From: an uncultured Gemmatimonadales bacterium
GTDB taxonomy: Bacteria; Gemmatimonadota; Gemmatimonadetes; Longimicrobiales; RSA9
Direction of reading: 5' to 3'
Assembly (NCBI GenBank): GCA_963798085.1
Contig: CAWCRS010000007.1
Location: 928,001 to 992,000 of the forward strand
Length of the DNA: 64,000 nucleotides
A program made the position numbers and the translations under genes. The notes beneath the pieces were generated by a model. That model ran no database searches, was not told where the DNA came from, and saw only the letters and a list, made by a program, of their open reading frames with translations. Positions 20,508-30,259 of this stretch are shown piece by piece (the stretch's first letter is position 1; each line of letters opens with the position of its first letter).

Positions 20508-20531
20508 AGGCGCTTCCGGGCGGAAGCGCCT
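20508..20531. terminator. hairpin between convergent genes
   Basis: AGGCGCTTCCG / CGGAAGCGCCT inverted repeat. Confidence 0.5.
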
Positions 20532-20547
20532 CCGCGCCGGGTACGAC

Positions 20548-21738
20548 TCAGTTGATCGAGATGTGCACCACGACGTTCTCCGAAAACTTGTTGCTCGGCA
20601 GTCCGGAGAGCTGACCGGCGTTGAGCGTGATGATGCCGTAGTGCTCATCGCTGATCCGGTTCGCCGAAATCACCGTGTGCGGGATCGGTATCACTGCGCT
20701 GAATACGCTGATCCCCGGCGGGTGCGTCATCGACGGGGTTGTCGTCGTCGATGCCGTTGCCCGACAGCACGTTGTTGGTGATGACGTTCTGGTCCACGTA
20801 CTGCGCAGGCGTGTGGCTGTGGATCATGATGCCTGCGAAGCCGTTGTTTATCGCCGTGTTGCCGGAGACTTCGTTGCCCCACGCTGCGGCGCCGGGAGGC
20901 CCGGCGAACACGCCGATGCCCGGCCGCACCGTTGCCGTTGGAGGTGTTGTGCTGAACCTGTGTTGCGGTAGACGCCGGCCACGTCGGGACCCGCCGCCGC
21001 CACCGGATTGAACCAGTGCGAAGCCAGCGTGATGCCGCAGTCCAGCGTGTTGTTCAGCACCGTGTTGTCGCTGATCATGTTCCCGGATGTCGGCCCGTTC
21101 TCATCGGTCAGCAGAATGCCGCCAATGTTGTCCCGCACCAGGTTGTTGCGCACGATCGAGTTGGTCACGGTCTGCAGGTGCACCGCCTCGCCGCAATCGT
21201 CCGGCTGATTCACGCACGCCGGATTGAAGGGTCCGTATGTGTCGTTGTTGATCACGATGTTGTTGTCGATCGTGATGCGCGTGGTCTGCAACACGAAGAC
21301 GCCCTCGAGTCCTGCGTTCGTGATCGTGAACCCTGTCAGTTGCGAGCCCGCCGCGCCGGCTCCCGAGATCACCACGCCGTTCGGCGGTGCCGATTGCCCG
21401 GCCGCATCGATCGTCGCGTTGTGCCCCACGAGTGTGAGCCGCTTGGTCACGTTCACGGACTCGTGGTACGTGCCTGGCCCGACGGAAATCACGTCGCCGG
21501 CGTCCGCCTGGCTGATGGCGTAATTGATTGTCAGGCAGGCGGACTCGCTGCACCTGTGCACATCCGCACCGGTGGGCGAGACGTAACGCGTCCGGCCGGA
21601 CGAATTCACCTTGTCGAACGCAATGGCATCCGGTGCCAGCACTGACGGCGCTTTTTCGCCGCACGCGGAAAGGAGAGGAATCAGGAAGAGCAGGGACAGA
21701 CCTGAAGCAAGACGCGTATGGAGCCGTGGAGCGATCAT
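20548..21738 (-). CDS. right-handed parallel beta-helix (pectin-lyase/NosD-like) lipoprotein; frameshifted near 20950 and 20715
   Basis: Lipobox LLSAC; YVSPTG.D..C....CLTINYAI..A..GDVISVGPGTYHE; Asn-ladder repeats (NN..N..GI.L); C-terminal pieces in the ORFs 20645-20929 and 20548-20730. Confidence 0.75.
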
Positions 21739-21919
21739 CGCTCCCTCCTTGGAAGGCTGTGGTCCGTCGAACGAAATGCGGGGATCGGAAGCTATCCGCC
21801 CGACGTACGCGCTACAAGGGCGCCGACCATCTGTGCGTAAAAGCGAATTGTCTTGATTGTGCGCAGCTGCCGGCGCTTCCGCGACCCGGAGGGCTGGCGC
21901 ACGTGGCCGCGCTCCTGCT

Positions 21920-22780
21920 TCAGGTGCCCAGACGTCGCAGCTCCGCTTCCGATGCAATGAACCCGAACGCCGGCCAGCCGCCTGAGGCCACCGCCGACTG
22001 AAACGCCGCACGGGCCTGCGTGGTGTCGCCGTGCAGCAGGTACCAGTTGCCCAGCCCGTACTTCAGCGTGGCCACCTGGATGTCCTGCGTGTCTGCCGGC
22101 GTAATGAGCTGTTCGGGTGTGATGCGGCCGCGGTACAGCTGGATGCGGCGCGTGTAGGCGTTGGTCTCCGGGATCGAATCGCTGTTGCGATCGAGCCAGG
22201 CTTTCGCGTCTGCGGTACGGCCCGCCCGTGAGAGTGACATCCAGCCCCAGTCGATGGAGCCGGCGTGCTCCTCCGGATTGGGCGCCAGGGGCAACGCGTG
22301 CGCGAACGCATCGGCCGCGCCCGCGAAGTCGGCGGTCACGTACTTCACCACGCCCAGGTGGTACCAGCAGCCGTACAGTGTGGAGTCGAGCCGCAGTCCA
22401 TGCTCGAGGTCGGCCCGCGCACTATCCAGCTGCCGCACCGACAGGTAGCGGTGTCCCCGCCACCGGTAGAGGATGCCGCTGTCCGGCGCAATCGCGATTG
22501 CGCGCGTGAACGTGGCGATGGCCTCGCGGTACGCACGAATCCCCGCCTGCGCGAGGCCCAGCTGCAACAGCTTCTGCGCATTGCGCGGGTCCGCCGTGAC
22601 CGCGGAGTCCGCGCGTGCCACGGCTCCCGTGTCCGCCTGCGCCAGGTATTCGACGCCCGCCGGCGAGCGGTACTCCACCACCGAAGCCGACTGGTCCGAT
22701 TGCGCCGGAGAGCAGCCGGTAGACAGCAGCTGCGTCGTCGCAAGCAATCCTGCACTCAGGAAGGCGTTCCTCACGCGCAT
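21920..22780 (-). CDS. tetratricopeptide repeat lipoprotein
   Basis: LLSTGC lipobox; several TPRs (YREAIATFTRAIAIAPD, YRWRGHRYL, WYHLGVVKY). Confidence 0.8.
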   Translation of the reverse strand: MRVRNAFLSAGLLATTQLLSTGCSPAQSDQSASVVEYRSPAGVEYLAQADTGAVARADSAVTADPRNAQKLLQLGLAQAGIRAYREAIATFTRAIAIAPDSGILYRWRGHRYLSVRQLDSARADLEHGLRLDSTLYGCWYHLGVVKYVTADFAGAADAFAHALPLAPNPEEHAGSIDWGWMSLSRAGRTADAKAWLDRNSDSIPETNAYTRRIQLYRGRITPEQLITPADTQDIQVATLKYGLGNWYLLHGDTTQARAAFQSAVASGGWPAFGFIASEAELRRLGT

Positions 22781-23160
22781 GGCTCCGGCTCCGCCTGATG
22801 GATGTGAAAGGTGTTGTTCCCGCTTCGTGAAGCGCGTCCAGCGCTTCCTGTCAGATAGCTCGCCGACGGGCACGCCGCAATGCGCGCCCAGGCCTTCCCG
22901 ACCGACGACGGCCGTTCCGCCGGAACCATAATCCTGCCCCACTTCTCTGTCCCCGTCGTTGCGCCCGCCTGAAGTAGCGGGGTTCCCCAGCCCCAGCCCC
23001 AGCCCGAAAACACACATGACGCACTTGTGATTCCCGAATGATGGCGCCACGGCATCGTGCGACACGGCGGCCGCGGTCCCGAAGCGCTTCGAGCCGCCGC
23101 CACCGCCGCTTTCCGGCGCTTGCACACGCGGAGAGCTTGTCCCTCGAGCGGGAGTGCGTC

Positions 23161-24429
23161 ATGCGCAGACATCGACCGGACGGATCCGCCGCCATCATCG
23201 CGACGCTCATCGCGGCCGCAGCGTGCAGTGGCGGCGGCCCGACTGTGCCACCGCCCACGCAGCGGATCGCGGCCATCCAGATCACACCAGACCCGCTCGA
23301 TCTGCTCGTGAGCGAAAGTGGCACGGTCACCGCCATTGCCCTCGACAGCATCGGCAACCGAATGCCGAGCGTCACCTTCACGTGGTCCATCGCCAACACC
23401 GGGATTGCGAGCGTGAACACCAGCGGCCTGGTCACCGGGGTCTCGCCCGGCACTACCAGTGTCACCGCAAAGTCGGGGAACACCACGGGGCAGGGGACCG
23501 TGAACGTGCGGCAGCTTTCGCCGTTGCGCATGGAGATCCAACCCGACATCGACTCCGTCATGGTGGGTGGCACGCTTCAATATTCCGTCGTCGTCCGTGA
23601 CGGCAGTGGTGCCATCATCGCCCCGCCGCCGCCGGTGACGTGGAGCTCCAGCGACACGCACGTCGCTACGATCGACGCCAACGGCAAGGCCACCGGTCTG
23701 GCAACGGGATACGCGCTGATCGATGCGCACGGCGCGACACTCAGCGCTGATTTCCCGGCCTTTCTCGGCGTCTACACAGGTCTCTGCGGCAACATCATGC
23801 AGGTCCCCGCATTCAGCTCGACGTTCCATATCAACTGGGCGCAGGGCACCACCGTGAACGGTCTGCTGATCCAGGCCGAGCACGCCATGGATATCCAGGT
23901 CGACCTGGTAATGACCACGCCGGGCATACCGCACTGGGAGGCGAATCCTGCGGGTACGGGCAAGATCAACGACAGCGAGACGGAGAAGAATCCCCCGGGG
24001 CGCAAGGCCACCATCGTCGGTGCCGGTAATCTCCCGCCCGCGAGCAATGGTCTGGGACCGGTGCTGGCGCTCGATGTCGACCTGACGAACTGCTGGTACC
24101 GGTTCAACGGCACGCCCTGGTTGAAGGACGTCGACTACACCGATTTCAGCGGTGCAACGCAGACGTATCCGTCGGCGATCGGCACCTTCAACTCAGGCTG
24201 GCTGGACATCCCGCTCCACTGGCGCACGTCCGGCGGACTCAGCGACAACACGAACCTGACCGGCTTCCCCGCGCATAGCGTGTTATGGCTGGTCTCCGAC
24301 ACCGCGAACGTCAACAGCGCCTCCTACATCCCGTCCGGCTACGGCGCCCTGATGTGGGGTGCCCAGGCTGGAAAGGGGGAGGCGGCGCTGGGCCTGGCTA
24401 GCACGAACTGGATCATCATTCCCAAATGA
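23161..24429 (+). CDS. Ig-like (Big_2) domain lipoprotein
   Basis: AAAC lipobox; two Big_2 repeats (TWSIANTGIASVNTSGLVTGVSPG; TWSSSDTHVATIDANGKATG); unknown beta-rich C-domain. Confidence 0.8.
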   Translation: MRRHRPDGSAAIIATLIAAAACSGGGPTVPPPTQRIAAIQITPDPLDLLVSESGTVTAIALDSIGNRMPSVTFTWSIANTGIASVNTSGLVTGVSPGTTSVTAKSGNTTGQGTVNVRQLSPLRMEIQPDIDSVMVGGTLQYSVVVRDGSGAIIAPPPPVTWSSSDTHVATIDANGKATGLATGYALIDAHGATLSADFPAFLGVYTGLCGNIMQVPAFSSTFHINWAQGTTVNGLLIQAEHAMDIQVDLVMTTPGIPHWEANPAGTGKINDSETEKNPPGRKATIVGAGNLPPASNGLGPVLALDVDLTNCWYRFNGTPWLKDVDYTDFSGATQTYPSAIGTFNSGWLDIPLHWRTSGGLSDNTNLTGFPAHSVLWLVSDTANVNSASYIPSGYGALMWGAQAGKGEAALGLASTNWIIIPK

Positions 24430-24455
24430 CCCGGCGGTCAGCGGGCTCGTGAGGA

Positions 24456-27131
24456 TCAATTGCCGGAGGAGCCGGCACGACGGCCGGCCGCGCTGTCGGC
24501 CAGCTCCGCGCGGAAGCGGGCCGCCTGCTCCGGCGCCTTCAGCGAGTCGTACAACATGACCAGGTCTGTGCGTGCCGACTTCAGCCAGCTGACCGAGGGA
24601 TTGGACTGCCGGCTCAGGATGTCGTAGCCGGCGCGCGACTCGACTTCGGCCTCGGCAAAGCGAGCTTCGTGCAGCAGCGTGCGTCCGAGTTTGATGCGCG
24701 CAATGGCCGTGTTCATGTTGTCCGCTGAGAGCGCCTGCGTCAGTAACGCGATGGCGTTGCGGAATAGTGCCTCGGCGCGTGTGTACTGCTTCTCGGCCAG
24801 CAGTACGCTCGCCAGATTCGATGTCGCCACACCCACCAGATAGTGGCGATCGCCGTACACGCTGCGCTCGATCGCAATCATGCGCGTGAACGCCGACTCC
24901 GCCGCCGCGAAATCGTCCCGCTGCAGCGCCGCGTTGCCCAGCTCGTTGAGCGCCGAAGCCACGCGCGGATGCGCATTGCCGTACACGCGCTGCTGAATCG
25001 CCAGCGAGCGGCGCAGCATGACGACGGCCTCGTCCTGCCGCCTCTCGAACAGCAGCGCCCTCGCCAGCAGGGTCAGCGCCGAAGCCGTTTCCGGATGGTC
25101 CTCCCCGTAATACGCCGTTATCATGTCCAGCGCCTGCCGGTCGTACTTCTCCGCCTCCGCGTAGTTGCCCCGCTGGAACTGGCTGGCGCCCAGGTTGATG
25201 AGGCCGTCCGCGATCAGCGGGTGCCGCTCGCCGTACCACCGCCGGTTCATGGCCAGCACCACGCGGTTGAGCGAATCCGAGACATCCAGATTGCCCGCGT
25301 AGAAGTTGACATTGGCCAGCTCGCTGAGACTGCTGGAGAGATCCGCGCTGCCCGGCTGCCCGGCGCTCTGCAGGCGCACCGCCTCCTGCAGCACGGCGGC
25401 GGCGCTGTCGTACACGCCGCGCTCCTCCAGCACGCGGCCCAGCGCGTTCAGCCCGCGCGCAATCGCCGGATGACCCGGATCCAGCCGACGACGCTCCACC
25501 GCGAGGCCGTCCCGGATCAGCTGCTCCGCTTCGTCCAGATTCGCCTGGTCCAGCCGCACCAGGCCCAGCGCTATCAGGCTGTTAGCCGTCTCCGGCGCAT
25601 CTCCGCCCAGCACCCGGCGCCGCTGCGCCAGCGCCACGCCGATCAGCGAGTCCGCGCGCTCCATGTGGCCCAGCTTCTGGTAGATGCCACCCAGTGTCTG
25701 GTACACTTCGGCCTGCCGCGCCGGATCGCCATCCAGTACGCTCGCCTGCTGCAGCCCGCGGTCCAGCAGCGTGATGACGCGCAGCGTGTCCGCCGGCCCC
25801 ACGGCCTCGTCGCCGCCCTGGAACAGGTTCAGCATGAACGCCTGGATGCGCTGCGTGCGTGCGGCTTCTGTCAGTGCGTTGTCCCGCGCGCGCGCCAGCC
25901 GCAGCGTGTAGAACGCAACCAGCCCGACGATTGCCACCAGCACGACCGCAGCCATGCTGACCGCGCGCCAGTTCCGGCGCAGGAACTTGCCCGCCCGATA
26001 GCTCGCGGAATCCGCCCTCGCCTCCAGCGGCTGCTGCTTCAGGTAGTGGTCCAGATCGCGCGCCAGCGCTTCCACCGTGCGATAGCGACGCAGCGGATCC
26101 TTGTGCATTGCCGTGAGGCAGAGCACATCCAGGTCGGTCCAGCCCGCACCCTGCAGCACAGGCGTGCGACCTGTTGCATTCGGGTCGCGCATCCGGTGGG
26201 CCGCGACCGATGGCCGCTCCGGATCCTGATCCAGGATCGCGGCTTCCACCTGGCCCGGCGTGCGATTCGAGAGATCGAAAGGCAGCCGGCCCGTCAGCAG
26301 CTCGTAGAGAATCACGCCCAGTGCGTAGACGTCCGTGTGCAGACCGACCGGCTCCCCACGCACCTGTTCCGGCGCCGCGTACGCGGGCGTCATCAGCCGG
26401 AACCCCGTCTGTGTCGGATCGACGGGCGAGTCCAGGCCCTCCAGCTGCTTCGATATGCCGAAGTCCAGCAGCTTCACGGCGCCATCGGCAGTGACCAGGA
26501 TGTTCGAGGGCTTGAGATCCCGGTGGATGATCGTCTGCCGGTGCGCGTGCTGCACGGCGTCGCAGATCTCGCGGAACAGACGAAGTCGCTCGGGAATCGT
26601 GGGCAGGTGCGCGCTGCAGTACTCCGTCAGCGGCACGCCCTCCACGTATTCCATGACGAAGTACGGCGTGCCGTCCGGCAGCACGTCGGCATCGTAGAGC
26701 CGCGCGATCGAAGGGTGATTCAGCTGGGCGAGGGTGCGCTGCTCGCTCGCGAAGCGTTCGCGCCGCGTCGGCGAGAGCCAGGCGTCGCGCAGGATCTTGA
26801 TGGCCACGCGATTGCCCAGATCCTCACGCTCCGCCAGGTACACGACACCCATGCCACCGTGGCCCAGCAGCGTGAGGATACGATACGGCCCGATCCGCGG
26901 CGGTACGGTGTTGGACGGGCCCAGCAGGTCCGACGCCACCTGCCCGAGAGGGCGGTCGAGCAGGGAACTGCCGCGCTCGTCTTCCGTGAGCAGCGCCTGT
27001 ACCTGCGCCCGCACATCCGGCTCGCTGGCGCACTCCGCCTCGAGGAACGCCGCACGCTCCGACGCCGGAAGCGCCAGGGCGGCGTGGAACAGCGACTGGA
27101 TGCGATTCCAGCGGACGGCGGGATCGTCCAT
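24456..27131 (-). CDS. membrane Ser/Thr protein kinase with C-terminal TPR array
   Basis: LGHGGMGVVY, VAIK, HRDLKPSN, DFG, TPAYAAPE; one TM helix; kinesin-light-chain-like TPRs. Confidence 0.95.
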   Translation of the reverse strand: MDDPAVRWNRIQSLFHAALALPASERAAFLEAECASEPDVRAQVQALLTEDERGSSLLDRPLGQVASDLLGPSNTVPPRIGPYRILTLLGHGGMGVVYLAEREDLGNRVAIKILRDAWLSPTRRERFASEQRTLAQLNHPSIARLYDADVLPDGTPYFVMEYVEGVPLTEYCSAHLPTIPERLRLFREICDAVQHAHRQTIIHRDLKPSNILVTADGAVKLLDFGISKQLEGLDSPVDPTQTGFRLMTPAYAAPEQVRGEPVGLHTDVYALGVILYELLTGRLPFDLSNRTPGQVEAAILDQDPERPSVAAHRMRDPNATGRTPVLQGAGWTDLDVLCLTAMHKDPLRRYRTVEALARDLDHYLKQQPLEARADSASYRAGKFLRRNWRAVSMAAVVLVAIVGLVAFYTLRLARARDNALTEAARTQRIQAFMLNLFQGGDEAVGPADTLRVITLLDRGLQQASVLDGDPARQAEVYQTLGGIYQKLGHMERADSLIGVALAQRRRVLGGDAPETANSLIALGLVRLDQANLDEAEQLIRDGLAVERRRLDPGHPAIARGLNALGRVLEERGVYDSAAAVLQEAVRLQSAGQPGSADLSSSLSELANVNFYAGNLDVSDSLNRVVLAMNRRWYGERHPLIADGLINLGASQFQRGNYAEAEKYDRQALDMITAYYGEDHPETASALTLLARALLFERRQDEAVVMLRRSLAIQQRVYGNAHPRVASALNELGNAALQRDDFAAAESAFTRMIAIERSVYGDRHYLVGVATSNLASVLLAEKQYTRAEALFRNAIALLTQALSADNMNTAIARIKLGRTLLHEARFAEAEVESRAGYDILSRQSNPSVSWLKSARTDLVMLYDSLKAPEQAARFRAELADSAAGRRAGSSGN

Positions 27132-27157
27132 GAAGTCCTGCGAACGGGGAGTGCGGC

Positions 27158-27679
27158 CTACTGCGTGCGACGCAGTTCCAGCGACAGCCAGGCCTTGGCC
27201 GCTCGCCAGTCACGCACAATGGTGGATTCTGACACTTCCAGCAACGCGGCGGTTTCATTGAGATCGAGCCCGCCGAAGAACCGGTACTCGACCATCATGG
27301 CCTGGCGAGGGTTCAGGCGCGCCAGCTCCTCGAGCGCCGCATCCAGAGCCAGCACGTCGGAGGATGAAGCATCGGCGGCGTTGAGGCCTTCGTCGAATGT
27401 GACGATGGCGTATGATCCGCCGCGCTTCTGCGCTTTGCGCCGTCGTGCCGCCTCGATCAGCACCTGGCGCATGGCGCGCGCCGCAATGCGCTTGAAATGC
27501 AGCTGCGATTCCGGTGTGAGGCGCAGCGAACCCGACAGCTTCACGTACGCTTCATTCACCAGCGCGGTCGGATTCAGCGTCTCGCTCGGATCGTCGCGCC
27601 GGACCCGTGACGCCAGCCGGCGCAACTCTTCGTACGTCGCGCTGAACAGCTGGTCGAGCGCCCCTTTTTCCTCTCGCAT
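27158..27679 (-). CDS. ECF sigma factor, TIGR02999 / kinase-associated (ECF43-like)
   Basis: YEELRRLA, TLNPTALVNEAY, ARAMRQVLIE.ARRR.AQKRGG, RFFGGL..ETA.LL.VS..T..RDW; adjacent to the kinase; start could be upstream. Confidence 0.9.
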   Translation of the reverse strand: MREEKGALDQLFSATYEELRRLASRVRRDDPSETLNPTALVNEAYVKLSGSLRLTPESQLHFKRIAARAMRQVLIEAARRRKAQKRGGSYAIVTFDEGLNAADASSSDVLALDAALEELARLNPRQAMMVEYRFFGGLDLNETAALLEVSESTIVRDWRAAKAWLSLELRRTQ

Positions 27680-27984
27680 CGCGGTTTTTCCCTGCCCGTC
27701 GCGCCGGTGTTGAGAGTCGCGCCCGGTTGAGCGGGTGGGGTCGCGCATTGTCCGAGGAACCTCGTGACAGGCCGACCTGGTCGAGCAACCCCCGTTCCCG
27801 TGGACATCTCCAGGGCATCCATTCGCCGAGTCGCAATTTCCGCGCAAACGGCAGTCCGTACAAGAGCGGGGTTTCCCCGACTCCTCCCGGCTTCATCACA
27901 ACCGCCTCGCCGACTGTTGGGACGCCGCGCCAGCACGCTACCTTCTGCCCGTACGCCGCCCATAGCCCGAGAGGACAGGGATCG

Positions 27985-29328
27985 ATGTCCGTTGCAGCCA
28001 GGCGACTGCCACCGGGACCGCCCGGCCGCCCGCTCGTGGGCAATCTCCCCGAATTCGCCGCCGATGTGCTCGGCTTCTTCACCCGATCCGCGCGCCAGTA
28101 CGGCAATGTCGTGCGCCTCCGTTTCGGCCCGCGCATCGGCTACCTGCTCAGTGATCCCGCCGACATCGACGAGGTCCTCATCGGCCAGCAGCGCAACTTC
28201 GTCAAACATTCCTGGTTCTGGCGACACGTCACCGCCGTGTTCGGGCAGGGACTTCTCACCGCCGAAGGTGAGCCGTGGCTGCGCCAGCGGCGGCTCATCC
28301 AGCCCGCGTTCCACCGCGACCGCATCGCGGGCTACGGCGAAGCCATGGTGGAGGCGACCGAACGCATGCTCGACGCGTGGCGCCCGGGCGACCTGCGTGA
28401 CATCCACGCTGAGATGATGGCGCTCACCATGCGCATCGTGGCCCGCGTCCTGTTCGCCGCCGATGTGGATGCCGATGTGGCGCGTGTCGAGTCCGCGTTC
28501 GACGAGGCGCTCTACGAGATCGCACTGCGCTTCCGCCGGCCGTTCCGCATCCCGGACTTCGTCCCCACGCCCGGCAACCTGCGCTACGCCCGCGCCGTGC
28601 GCCGCCTGGACGAACTCGTGTACCGCTTCATGCGCGAACACCAGGAGCATCCAGGCGATGGTAACGACCTGTTAGCAAGGCTGCTGGCCACGCGCGGCGA
28701 GGACGGCAGGCCCATGCCCGGAAAGCAGGTCCGCGACGAAGCCGTGACCCTGCTGCTCGCCGGTCACGAGACGACCGCGCTTACGTTGTCCTGGACGTTC
28801 GCCCTGCTCTCCCGCCACCCGCAGGCCGCGCGGCGCCTGCAGGCCGAGCTGGCCACAGTCATCGGCGAGCGCGCACCGACGCCCGCGGATGCGGCCAGGC
28901 TGCCTTTCACGGAAGCCGTGATCAACGAGTCGCTGCGCCTCTATCCGCCCGCGTACACGATCGGCCGCGAAGCGCTGCGACGTTGCACCATACACGGGTA
29001 CGAGGTGCCCGCTGGCACCACGCTCTTCATCAGCGCATGGGTGGTGCACCGCGATCCGCGGCGTTTCACGGATCCGGACGAGTTCCGGCCCGAGCGCTGG
29101 CTCGACGGGCTGGCCGAGCGCCTGCCACGCAGCGCCTGGCTGCCCTTCGGCGGCGGTCCTCGCCTCTGCATTGGCAGCCGCTTCGCCATGCTGGAAGCCA
29201 TGCTGCTGCTTGCGACCATCGCCCGCCGCTTCCAGCTGCACCTCGAGCCGGATCGCTTTCCCACGCCGTTCCCAACCGTCACCTTGCGACCCCGGAGCGG
29301 CGTTCCCATGCGGCTGTCCGCCGCGTGA
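27985..29328 (+). CDS. cytochrome P450
   Basis: AGHETT I-helix, ESLR, PERW, FGGGPRLCIG heme motif. Confidence 0.95.
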   Translation: MSVAARRLPPGPPGRPLVGNLPEFAADVLGFFTRSARQYGNVVRLRFGPRIGYLLSDPADIDEVLIGQQRNFVKHSWFWRHVTAVFGQGLLTAEGEPWLRQRRLIQPAFHRDRIAGYGEAMVEATERMLDAWRPGDLRDIHAEMMALTMRIVARVLFAADVDADVARVESAFDEALYEIALRFRRPFRIPDFVPTPGNLRYARAVRRLDELVYRFMREHQEHPGDGNDLLARLLATRGEDGRPMPGKQVRDEAVTLLLAGHETTALTLSWTFALLSRHPQAARRLQAELATVIGERAPTPADAARLPFTEAVINESLRLYPPAYTIGREALRRCTIHGYEVPAGTTLFISAWVVHRDPRRFTDPDEFRPERWLDGLAERLPRSAWLPFGGGPRLCIGSRFAMLEAMLLLATIARRFQLHLEPDRFPTPFPTVTLRPRSGVPMRLSAA

Positions 29329-29358
29329 TTTCACGGCTACCGCAGGCAAGAGAGAGCC

Positions 29359-29790
29359 ATGTCGTCGCATGATTCCCTGATCAGAGTCAGCACCGGCGAG
29401 GGACTGCGCACGGAGGTCACGGTGCGTGGCCACCAGCTGACTTCGGACGAGCCCTTGTCGGGCGGCGGCACGGACGCCGGACCCACGCCGTACGATCTGC
29501 TCGCGGCCGCACTGGGATCGTGCATCGGCATGACCCTGCGCCTGTACGCCGACCGCAAGGGCTGGCCGCTCCAGCGTGTGGACGTCACGTTGCGCCACAG
29601 CCGCCTGCACCGCGAGGATTGCGCGCAGTGTCCGGAAGAGGACATCGGCATGGATCGGCTGGAGCGCCGCATCGACCTGACCGGGCCACTCAGCGACGAG
29701 CAGCGTGCGCGCCTGCTCGAGATCGCGGAGCGCTGCCCCGTGCGCCGCACGCTGGGGCGCGGAGTACGCGTCGAGTCGCTGCAGCCCTGA
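29359..29790 (+). CDS. OsmC family protein
   Basis: DEP...GGTDAGPTPYDLL.AALGSC; IAERCPV. Confidence 0.9.
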   Translation: MSSHDSLIRVSTGEGLRTEVTVRGHQLTSDEPLSGGGTDAGPTPYDLLAAALGSCIGMTLRLYADRKGWPLQRVDVTLRHSRLHREDCAQCPEEDIGMDRLERRIDLTGPLSDEQRARLLEIAERCPVRRTLGRGVRVESLQP

Positions 29791-29845
29791 CACACTGTTA
29801 GCCAAACCCGCAGACCAGACCGGCCGCCTGCAGCAGGAAGGAGAC

Positions 29846-30259
29846 ATGGCCATCACCGCCGGCATGAAAGCCAGTCGCACAATGACGGTGACCGCGCAGC
29901 ACGTGCAGAGCTTCGCCGAGCTGACCGGTGACCGCAATCCACTGCATTTCGACGAAGCCTTCGCGGCGGCCACACGCTTCGGCCAGCTGGTCGCGCAGGG
30001 CGGCATCACCACCGGGCTGCTGCACGCGCTGGTGGCCATGGACCTGCCCGGTCCCGGGTCCGTCTTCCTCTCGCAGAACTGGAAATTCACCGCGCCCGTC
30101 TTCATCGGTGACACCATCACGGCGGAAGCCGAAGTGCTGAGCGTGCACCAGACCAAGCCGGTGACGCAGCTGCGCGTGCGCATCGCGCGCAGTGACGGCG
30201 AGACCGTGCTCGAAGGCGAAGCGTGGTGCTATACGATGAAGCCGGCACCCGGCCGATGA
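29846..30259 (+). CDS. MaoC family (R)-specific dehydratase
   Basis: FAELTGDRNPLH, LPGPG, F.APVFIGDTI; AAGGAG RBS. Confidence 0.9.
   Translation: MAITAGMKASRTMTVTAQHVQSFAELTGDRNPLHFDEAFAAATRFGQLVAQGGITTGLLHALVAMDLPGPGSVFLSQNWKFTAPVFIGDTITAEAEVLSVHQTKPVTQLRVRIARSDGETVLEGEAWCYTMKPAPGR

Noticed and set aside
22985..23005. (CCCCAG)x3 tandem repeat
   Set aside because: Too short to be informative in GC-rich DNA; not CRISPR-like
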